From positions 1 to 40,856 of IMG/VR virus record IMGVR_UViG_3300005732_000058: DNA of 40,856 nucleotides. The stretch is one strand, 5' to 3'. The notes below the pieces were generated by a model that was given only the letters and a program-made list of their open reading frames with translations, searched no databases and was not told the origin of the DNA. This stretch comes from a virus. Its lineage: Duplodnaviria; Caudoviricetes. Shown here piece by piece: positions 33,233-40,856 of this stretch (positions are counted from its first letter, which is position 1; every line of letters begins with the position of its first letter). The position numbers and the translations under genes were made by a program.

Positions 33233-35268
33233 TGCCAACGGCTCGTTTCCAGCCATCATTTGCCGCCGGCGTGTTGGGGCCCGGCCTTCATGGGCGCATC
33301 GACATTGCTAAATATGATGTCGCGCTCAAGGTCGGGAAAAACGTGTTTGTCCACGCTCACGGGGGCGTATCCAATCGCCCCGGCACAGAGTTCATTTGCG
33401 AGGTGATGGACCACACTAAGGCGCACCGTCTGATCCCGTTCACCCGTGACGATGATGAAAATTACATCATGCTGATGGGCGATTCCGAGATGAAAATCAT
33501 TGAGGATGGCGCTGTGGTTCAAAGCGGCGGGTCGGATTACAACCCCAGCACGCCATATGCCTCGACTGATCTTGATGATCTGGATTATGTGCAGTCGGTC
33601 GATGTGATGTATTTTGCGCATCAGGGCACGTTTCCGCAAAAGATGTCTCGATCTGGCGTAACGAACTGGACGTTTGCCAACCTGCAGATTGATCCAAGCC
33701 TGACCGCGCCATCATCGCTGTCTGTCGCTCCGGCAACATCGGGGTCTGAAACCTACACATACAAGGTCAGCCCTGTGGCTGACGGAGTGGAGGGGTTTGC
33801 CTCATCTGAGGCGTCAACATCTGCGGCTGAGGATTTGAACAATGATGACGCTCAAAACGTTATATCATGGTCTGGCAGCGCTGATGAATACAACGTTTAT
33901 CGTGAGCGAAACGGCGTGTTTGGATACATCGGTTTTACTGAGGACACCACGTTTACTGATGACAATATCAGTCCTGATCTGACGTTCACGCCGGTCGAGG
34001 CTGCTGACTTGTTTGGCACCGCCAGTGATTACCCTGGGCGCGTGACACTGTTCCAACAGCGCCTGACGTTTGCTAACTCGATCAACCAGCCTGAGACAAT
34101 TTGGATGTCTCGCATCGGCGATTACAACAACTTTACGCGGTCGCGCATTCTCAAGGATACGGATCGGATCGAGCTGGATTTAAGCGGCGAACAGATCAAC
34201 CGCGTGCGATCTATGATGCAGCTTCGCGAGCTGCTGGTGTTTTCTTCGTCTGGTGAGTTTTCCGTCACCGGGCCCAATGGCGTGATGCTGGCCACCAACC
34301 CGATCCAGACCCAATATGGATATTCTGGCGCGGTTTCAGTCAAGCCGCTGGTGGTTGAGGACACCGCGCTGTTCGTCGATCGCACGGGCCGATCTGTGCG
34401 TGATCTGCGCTATGCGTTTGAGCAAGACGGATACACGGGCAATGATCTGACCATCTTTGCCAGCCACTTCTTTGAAGGCCGTCAAATCGCTGGCTGGGCC
34501 TATGCCAAGAACCCTTATTCTGTGATCTGGGCCTATCTCGACAATGGCAAGCTGATGTCATTCACCTACAAGCGCGAGCATCAGGTTTGGGCTTGGTGTG
34601 AACACGACATTGATGGAGAGGTGGAAAGCATCGCTGCGATCCCAGAGGGCACTGAGGACGCGGTTTATATGGTGGTCAAGCGGTCGATCAATGGAGCCGA
34701 CAAGCGCTATGTTGAGCGAATTCATCGCCGCGACTTCACTGATGTTGAGGACGCTTTTTTTGTCGATTGCGGCATCACCTATGATGGGGCCGCTGCAACA
34801 TCGATCACGGGCCTCAGCCATCTTGAGGGGGAAACGGTTGTCGCTCTTGCTGATGGAGATGTCGTTTCTGGGCTGACTGTTTCGTCTGGCGCTGTGACCC
34901 TGCCTGAGGCCGCATCCAAGGTGCATGTCGGATTGGCGTATGAGGCTGAGGTGGAAAACCTGCCGCCTGCGATTGATTTGCAGGATGTGGGCGCGGCCCG
35001 CGGTCGCCCGATCAAGGCGACACGGCTATTTCTGCAGCTCGAAAAGACGAGAGGCATCAAGGCCGGACCCAGCCGCGACAAGCTGACAGAGTTTGTGCAG
35101 ACATCGGTTGATCTGGCAGCGGAAATACCTCTGTTCACTGGAATGGAGGGCTTTCAGCTTTACCCTGATTGGAACCGTGACGGCACTGTGGTGATCAAAC
35201 AGGAATACCCATTGCCGATGACCGTTCTGGGCATCTCTCCTGAGCTGAGCGTGGGGAGGTCTGGATAA
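33232..35268 (+). CDS. Tail tubular protein B/nozzle (T7 gp12-like)
   Basis: QPSFAAG.LGP.L.GR.D..KY, GGVSNRPGT, YP..V.LFQQRL.FA, FFVDCG, VHVGL.Y, PLPMTVL. Confidence 0.9.
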   Translation: MPTARFQPSFAAGVLGPGLHGRIDIAKYDVALKVGKNVFVHAHGGVSNRPGTEFICEVMDHTKAHRLIPFTRDDDENYIMLMGDSEMKIIEDGAVVQSGGSDYNPSTPYASTDLDDLDYVQSVDVMYFAHQGTFPQKMSRSGVTNWTFANLQIDPSLTAPSSLSVAPATSGSETYTYKVSPVADGVEGFASSEASTSAAEDLNNDDAQNVISWSGSADEYNVYRERNGVFGYIGFTEDTTFTDDNISPDLTFTPVEAADLFGTASDYPGRVTLFQQRLTFANSINQPETIWMSRIGDYNNFTRSRILKDTDRIELDLSGEQINRVRSMMQLRELLVFSSSGEFSVTGPNGVMLATNPIQTQYGYSGAVSVKPLVVEDTALFVDRTGRSVRDLRYAFEQDGYTGNDLTIFASHFFEGRQIAGWAYAKNPYSVIWAYLDNGKLMSFTYKREHQVWAWCEHDIDGEVESIAAIPEGTEDAVYMVVKRSINGADKRYVERIHRRDFTDVEDAFFVDCGITYDGAAATSITGLSHLEGETVVALADGDVVSGLTVSSGAVTLPEAASKVHVGLAYEAEVENLPPAIDLQDVGAARGRPIKATRLFLQLEKTRGIKAGPSRDKLTEFVQTSVDLAAEIPLFTGMEGFQLYPDWNRDGTVVIKQEYPLPMTVLGISPELSVGRSG

Positions 35269-35732
35269 TGCGTTTTGATCTGTTTGACTTGCGTGACGAT
35301 GACCTGGCTGTGATGTGTGATCGCATCCGGCCAATGGATCGTTTTGAGTTTGATGTCATGTCGGGCGGCAAGCAGATTGATGAGTGTTTCAATCATTTGC
35401 GCCGTCGATCGGTGCGGGCGCGTGCGGCCTATGCGGATGGCGAGCTTGTCGCCGTTTATGGCGTTTTGGCTCCGACGCTGATGGCCGAGTCTGGCAACCC
35501 ATGGCTTGCGGCAACGCCCGCTGTTGATCGCCCAGATGTGCGGCGCGAATTTATCCGCTACACTGAGCAGGAAATGACTTGGCTGTCAGGGGGCTTTCGG
35601 CACCTCTGGAACCTTGTTTCACATGAAAATCAGGTCGCAATTCGCTGGCTCAAGTGGATCGGCTTTCAATTTGATGATGATCTTATCGACGTGCGCGGCC
35701 ATCCGTTTCGTCGCTTTAGCATGGGGGAATAG
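35268..35732 (+). CDS. T7 gp13-like assembly protein (GNAT-like fold)
   Basis: PWL.AT, LWNLVSHENQVAIRWLKWIGF, GHPFRRF; position after the nozzle. Confidence 0.75.
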   Translation: MRFDLFDLRDDDLAVMCDRIRPMDRFEFDVMSGGKQIDECFNHLRRRSVRARAAYADGELVAVYGVLAPTLMAESGNPWLAATPAVDRPDVRREFIRYTEQEMTWLSGGFRHLWNLVSHENQVAIRWLKWIGFQFDDDLIDVRGHPFRRFSMGE

Positions 35733-35734
35733 GC

Positions 35735-36298
35735 ATGTGCTTTGATCCAGTAACTGCAATCGCGGGCATTAAGGCCGCAACTGCCTCGATCGGCACCACT
35801 CTGGGCACCATCGGCACGGTGGCCTCGATCGGCGGCGGCGTCATATCAGCCTATGCTCAGGTGCAGAATGCCAAGGCGCAAGCTGAGGCGGCTACGCGCA
35901 CGGCTCAAGCCCAAGAGGAGGCGGCAAGAGACGCCCTTGAGCAAGGCGCTCAAGAAAGCGATCGACGCCGCCAAGCTGGGGCAGCCATGGCTGCGGAAAA
36001 TACGGCGGCCATGGCGGCAAACGGTGTGGACGTGACCGGCGCTCAGGCGATCGATGTGCTGGATGACACGCGGTTTATGGTTGAGGAGGATGCCTTTGCG
36101 ATCCGTGAAAACTCGCGGCGTCGGGCTGAGGGGCATTCTCAGGCTGCAGCAAACGCTCTTGCAGACGCATCGTCGGCGCGCAGTAGCGCTTTCTTTAAGC
36201 CGGTTCAAACACTTCTTAGCACCGCGTCGTCTGTTGGCAAAAGGTATGCATCTTGGGTGCCCGATGCTGAGCGTAAATCACAGGGGGCATATGCATAA
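35735..36298 (+). CDS. Internal virion/ejection protein (gp14-like)
   Basis: MCFDPVT start, hydrophobic Gly/Ala N-terminus, AAMAANGVDV.G motif. Confidence 0.75.
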   Translation: MCFDPVTAIAGIKAATASIGTTLGTIGTVASIGGGVISAYAQVQNAKAQAEAATRTAQAQEEAARDALEQGAQESDRRRQAGAAMAAENTAAMAANGVDVTGAQAIDVLDDTRFMVEEDAFAIRENSRRRAEGHSQAAANALADASSARSSAFFKPVQTLLSTASSVGKRYASWVPDAERKSQGAYA

Positions 36299-38421
36299 TG
36301 GTTGCGATCGTCCGAAAATATCAGCGCACAGAAGTCGAACAAGCGGTCAATCCCGTCACAACAAAAGCACCCCAAACCAGCCTTGGCGCTTTGGGTGAGG
36401 GCCTGTCTGATGTTGGCGACATGTTCTCGGATTGGCAGGATGAGGTGGATACCGCTGACGCCAAAGCTGCCGACGCCGCCTATTCTGATTTGATCCGGCA
36501 AGAGCTTTACGGCGATCAGACTGGCTACATGTATTCGCAAGGTGGCGATGCGATGAACCGTCGCGGCTCTGTTTCTGAACGGATAGAGGCTGAGCAAGCG
36601 CGCATCCTTGATGAAATGAGCCCAGGCGCTCGCGCACGTGCGCAGTCTGCTATGGAGGCTCGCCGCCAGCGGGCTCTTTTGTCGATCGACCAACATGCCA
36701 ATGGGCAGCGGCGCACATATCTCGATACGGCAGCTGAGGCTCGCGTGACTGCGACCATCAATGATGCGGTCTACAACCCTGATCTGGTGCTGCAATCGCT
36801 CAACACCAACCGCACTGAAATCTTGGACATGGCCGATCGCAACGGCTGGTCGCCAGAGGTGACTGATTTGAAACTGCGCGAATCCGAAACCAAGATTTAC
36901 GGCGGTGTGGTTGAGCGCCTTGCCGTTGCAGACCCGATCCGCGCTCTCGAATATTTGCGCGAGAACCGCGACAATATGCTGGGTGCAGAGGTGGCGCGCC
37001 TTGAGTCCAGATTGGTCCCGATGGCGCGAGAATATCGGGGGCGTGCGGCGGGTGCGGCGGCGGCCACTGGCGCGATTGACCCTCGCACCTTTGATTGGTC
37101 CAAATACTCGACGGGCGGGGCGGCTACGCGAGCTGACAGTTTCACCGGCCTTAATCCAGAGTTTGCATCTCGCGTGGCTAACATGCTTGTGGCCGCTGAG
37201 GCAGATGGCATCGACCTCAAGGTCACATCGGCCTATCGTTCAAATGAGTTGCAAGCTGCGCTGTTTGCACGCGCGGTCGAGCGATATGGCAGTGAGGCGG
37301 CGGCGCGAAAGTGGGTCGCACCTCCTGGCCGATCTCAGCACAACACGGGCATGGCCGTTGATTTCGCGAGCGCGAGCGGTGGGCTGTTGCGTGATGCGGG
37401 CAGCGCTGAAGCCAAATGGCTGCAGGCAAATGCTGAGCGCTTCGGCCTTCATTTGCCGATGTCTTGGGAGCCTTGGCAGGTTGAGATGTCTGGATCGCGT
37501 GGTGGCCCGGCCATCGAGCCAACGGCCATTAGCGGCGGCGGCATCGAAAGCCTTCTGGCCATCGCTGATCCCGATGAGCGGGCTGCGGCAATCAATGAGT
37601 ATAACCTGCGCACGGGCATTCAGGCCAAGCAAGCTGAGGCGGGCCGCCAGGCGGCTGAGGACGCAGCGTTTCAGATGATCGAGGCGGGCGGCAACATCAA
37701 TGACCTGCCGCTTGAGTATCGCCAGCACATCGGACGTGAGGCGATGAATAGCCTGCGCATCTATCAGGAGCGGGTGGCCAGCGGGCAGCCCGTTCTGACT
37801 AACGATGCGTTTTATGTGCAGCTTGCCGACATGATGTCTCAGTCGCCTGAGGAGTTCATGCGCACTGATCCAATGACATGGCGCGACAAGCTGGATGACG
37901 GTGATTTCCAGTATTTCGTCAAGCAGCGCGCTGATCTGATCGCCGGTCGCCGCGAGGCCGGTGCTGATGGGCCGTCCATTTCTTCGCTGCGCACGGCATC
38001 CTCAACGGCGCTCAAAGCGGCTGGCGTCGATGATGATCCTCAGGTGGTCGCAACATTTGAGCGTGACCTGTTGCGGTGGTCTGCGGCATTTGCTGAGCGC
38101 GAGGGCCGTAACCCCAGCGCGTTAGAGACCAACACGCGGATCAATGAGATGCTGGTGCCCGTAGTCATTGACCCCAAGGGATTGGGTAACAAGCAAGACG
38201 GCTTTGCCTTCCAGATGGATTACGATGGTCGGTCATATGACCCGAATGATGACGTGACCCCCGCGATGTTGCGGGATGGTGCGCTGACCATCAATGATAT
38301 TTCTGTGTCTAATGGCATGATGGAAACCTTTGCCCAAGGCTTTGAAATTCGGTTTGGCCGCGCGCCAACCGTTCAAGAGTTGATTGAGGGCATGATTGCA
38401 TCGGGGCTTTATGATGAATGA
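36298..38421 (+). CDS. Internal virion/ejection protein (gp15-like) with embedded M15 (VanY-like) peptidase domain
   Basis: Helical protein containing SAYRS..LQ..LF, VAPPGRSQHNTGMAVD, W...NA.RFGL, EPWQVE (~37140-37490). Confidence 0.82.
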   Translation: MVAIVRKYQRTEVEQAVNPVTTKAPQTSLGALGEGLSDVGDMFSDWQDEVDTADAKAADAAYSDLIRQELYGDQTGYMYSQGGDAMNRRGSVSERIEAEQARILDEMSPGARARAQSAMEARRQRALLSIDQHANGQRRTYLDTAAEARVTATINDAVYNPDLVLQSLNTNRTEILDMADRNGWSPEVTDLKLRESETKIYGGVVERLAVADPIRALEYLRENRDNMLGAEVARLESRLVPMAREYRGRAAGAAAATGAIDPRTFDWSKYSTGGAATRADSFTGLNPEFASRVANMLVAAEADGIDLKVTSAYRSNELQAALFARAVERYGSEAAARKWVAPPGRSQHNTGMAVDFASASGGLLRDAGSAEAKWLQANAERFGLHLPMSWEPWQVEMSGSRGGPAIEPTAISGGGIESLLAIADPDERAAAINEYNLRTGIQAKQAEAGRQAAEDAAFQMIEAGGNINDLPLEYRQHIGREAMNSLRIYQERVASGQPVLTNDAFYVQLADMMSQSPEEFMRTDPMTWRDKLDDGDFQYFVKQRADLIAGRREAGADGPSISSLRTASSTALKAAGVDDDPQVVATFERDLLRWSAAFAEREGRNPSALETNTRINEMLVPVVIDPKGLGNKQDGFAFQMDYDGRSYDPNDDVTPAMLRDGALTINDISVSNGMMETFAQGFEIRFGRAPTVQELIEGMIASGLYDE

Positions 38422-40856
38422 TTTGGTGAATGGATCACTGTTTGACCGTCACTTTGATGACCTTGAGCGCCGCAATGCTGCACGTCAAAGCACTGCTTTA
38501 ATTCTTGGCACTGACACACCGGATCGGGCGGCTGAGGGCGTCCAGCTTGGCTCTGAGCTGAGTGTGCCGCCTCAGGCCGTCATGGGCGCGCCTGAGGTGT
38601 TTCGAGGCCAGGCGGAAACCTTGCGGGCAACGACTGCCTTGCGCAGCGCGCCAAACCTTTCTGACTGGCTGGGTGATCCGATCAATGGCGCTCTGAGCAA
38701 GGATGATCTGGACAACCTGACATGGTTTGAGCGCAACTTTGGCGCGGGTGGCCGCGCCATCGGTCGCGGTGTGCGCCGCCTTTCTGCGGTTCCTGATTAC
38801 TTCGGGGCGCTGGCGGATTCGACGCGCGCCGGTGATGTCGGCAAAACCTATGATGAGATTTTGGCTGAGGAGGTGGCGCGCTGGGGCGAGGGTGTAACCT
38901 TTGATATGTTGCCTGCGCATTCCCGCATGAATGCTATTCAGGTTGCTCAGCTTCGATATGACGCCATTGCGGGTCAAGGTGAGGCAGAGCAGATTGAATA
39001 CATCCGGCGCGGCGCTGAGCGATTGGCGAACGCTCAGGAAATCCTGCGTATCACACAAAACATCCCGATGTCTGAAACGGCCACGATGTTCCGCGATGGT
39101 CGGTTGGCCAACGCTGAAAATACGCTAATGGGCACGCTTAGTGCCTTTGTCGATGATCCGATTGGTGGGGCGGCGTTCATTGCTGAAACAGCGGCGGAAA
39201 CGCTTCCGGTTCTGGCGGGTGCGACAGCAACCACGGCGGCCACTCGATCCCCAGCCGCTGGCGTGACCGTCATGGCCGGTGGCTCATTCCTTATGGAAAA
39301 CACCAACTCGGCCATGCAATTCCTGCAGGAGCGCGGCGTGGATATGTCTACGCCAGAGGCTGCCGCGCTGGTGCTACAAAACCGTGAGTTGATGGCCGAG
39401 GCCCAAAAGCTGGGTGTTGAGCGTGGCTTGATCATTGCCATGTTCGATGCAGTTTCTGGCGGCGTGGCTGGTAGGGCGCTTCTTGAAAATCCAGCGGGCG
39501 ACATGGTTGTGCAGGGTATTGCTCAAGCCGCGTTGGGCGCTGGTGGTGAGGCAACGGCGCAGCTTGCGACTGAGGGCGAAATTGACTGGCGCGAGGTCGT
39601 GATTGAGGGCTTGGCCGAATTGGCCACGGCACCGATTGAGGTTGTTGGCGTTGGTGGGCGCGGCATGCTGGACATGCTGTCACGGTTTTCGCGTAGCGGC
39701 GAAACATCGGCGGCCATTGCCGAGATTGATGTGGTTGCTGCGGAATCCAAGGTGCGGGCTCGGTCGGTCGATAAGTTTCTTGAAGCCCTGCAGGCTTCAA
39801 ACATGGATGACAAGGCGCTCTATGTCTCGGCTGAGGGGCTGCAAGAGTATTTTCAGGCCAAGGACACGCCGCTGAATGATGAGACACTGCGCGCATGGGG
39901 CGTTGACCCGTCTGACTTCGCGGAAAAGCTGACCAGCGGTGGCGATGTGACGGTGCCCGTTGCCAACTATGCAGCGCGGATAAGCGGCACCGATGATGCC
40001 ATGTGGTTCCGCGAAAACTCTGTGCTGGACCCTGGCGAAATGTCAGTGGCAGAGGCCGCTGAATTCAATGATCGTGTGCGCGACATCATGGCAGAGGAGT
40101 TTGATAAACGTGAGGCGCAGCTTGAAGATGACCGCCAGTCGCGCGCGTCGGACGTGCAGATTTATGATCAGGTGTTTTCGCAATTGCGGGCGGCGGGGCG
40201 CTCGCCGGATGTAGCACAACAAGAGGCAACCGTGTGGGCATCGTTCTGGCGGGCGATGAGCGAGCGCTATGGCGAGGACGCGCTTGACCTTGCCCGATCT
40301 ATGGGTGTGGCCATTCAGGGGCCTCAGACGCCAGAGGTGGCGCGTCGGCGCGATCAACTGGACATCATGCTGAACACGCTGCGCTCAAAAGGTGACAAGG
40401 CGCTGGCTCCGCGCGGCGCTGGTATTCTCGACTTTGTGCGCGCTCAGGGCGGTGTCCGCGATCGAGGCGGCGATGTCGAGGCGCTGGATGCTCCAAAGGG
40501 TGTAATCGCTGAAAGCCGGTCTCAAATCCTTGAGCGCGAAAGCCAGCCGTCATTGGGCGGCGGTGCCGACTTTAATGGGCGCGGAATGGGTTTGGATGAT
40601 ATTGGCCGCGCGATGATCGAGGCTGGTTATTTTCCTGAGTATATGGGCGGCGCTGACATCCAAGCTGACGGCACTGTGGTGGATGAGGCTGCCATTGCGC
40701 TTGAGGCAATTTCTGAGGCCGTGGCTGGGCGTGATCGCTTCCTTGATGGTGAGGGGCCGGATCAGGACTTGGTGGATTTTGCTGAGCAACTGAGCGAGCG
40801 CGGCATTGATCTGGCGATGTCCAATGACGACATCATGGCCGCGCTCAATGGTGGGC
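38411..40856 (+). CDS. N-terminal part of the giant ejection protein; continues through the origin to 5413 (~2,596 aa total)
   Basis: Read by hand: ATG 38411/38414 overlaps the upstream stop, there is no in-frame stop to the window end, and the frame matches ORF 29-5413. Absent from the ORF track. Confidence 0.88.
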   Translation, partial: MMNDLVNGSLFDRHFDDLERRNAARQSTALILGTDTPDRAAEGVQLGSELSVPPQAVMGAPEVFRGQAETLRATTALRSAPNLSDWLGDPINGALSKDDLDNLTWFERNFGAGGRAIGRGVRRLSAVPDYFGALADSTRAGDVGKTYDEILAEEVARWGEGVTFDMLPAHSRMNAIQVAQLRYDAIAGQGEAEQIEYIRRGAERLANAQEILRITQNIPMSETATMFRDGRLANAENTLMGTLSAFVDDPIGGAAFIAETAAETLPVLAGATATTAATRSPAAGVTVMAGGSFLMENTNSAMQFLQERGVDMSTPEAAALVLQNRELMAEAQKLGVERGLIIAMFDAVSGGVAGRALLENPAGDMVVQGIAQAALGAGGEATAQLATEGEIDWREVVIEGLAELATAPIEVVGVGGRGMLDMLSRFSRSGETSAAIAEIDVVAAESKVRARSVDKFLEALQASNMDDKALYVSAEGLQEYFQAKDTPLNDETLRAWGVDPSDFAEKLTSGGDVTVPVANYAARISGTDDAMWFRENSVLDPGEMSVAEAAEFNDRVRDIMAEEFDKREAQLEDDRQSRASDVQIYDQVFSQLRAAGRSPDVAQQEATVWASFWRAMSERYGEDALDLARSMGVAIQGPQTPEVARRRDQLDIMLNTLRSKGDKALAPRGAGILDFVRAQGGVRDRGGDVEALDAPKGVIAESRSQILERESQPSLGGGADFNGRGMGLDDIGRAMIEAGYFPEYMGGADIQADGTVVDEAAIALEAISEAVAGRDRFLDGEGPDQDLVDFAEQLSERGIDLAMSNDDIMAALNGG
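40789..40856. repeat. 68-bp terminal direct repeat (copy 2)
   Basis: Identical to 1-68. Confidence 0.95.

Overview
The window is an apparently complete, circularly permuted ~40.8 kb dsDNA phage genome. Bases 1-68 repeat exactly at 40789-40856, giving a 40,788 bp circle. The virion module is podovirus-like (BPP-1/T7-type portal, scaffold, capsid, cement, tail tubes A/B, ejection proteins) with a P22-like small terminase. Replication is lambdoid-style (DUF1376-type initiator with iterons), and there is a leftward recombination operon (RecE-like nuclease, ERF, DEDDh exonuclease, SMC-like ATPase). It also carries two DNA methyltransferases, CspA, SSB and a GH108 endolysin with a 3-TM holin. The SSB and holin types suggest an alphaproteobacterial, probably Rhodobacteraceae-like, host. 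I see no integrase, CI, DNA/RNA polymerase, reverse transcriptase, tRNA or CRISPR. The strongest leads are: (1) three tail genes joined by a duplicated 'DRNFLNDYxTARDA*/MSLETRL' junction, suggesting an anchor-extender-tip daisy-chain fibre; (2) an identical AGGGCAAGAC leader before five start codons, with antisense copies in two terminator-proximal stem-loops, suggesting a phage sRNA circuit; (3) a 17-bp palindromic operator over four promoter sites next to an unannotated ribbon-helix-helix gene; (4) an overprinted +1-frame ORF inside the C5-methyltransferase; (5) a ~2,600-aa polyvalent ejection protein spanning the origin, with zincin, ART-like and GNAT cassettes; (6) a protein with three RMF-like repeats and two structured intergenic RNAs. 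All family calls come from motif recognition by eye, not database searches.
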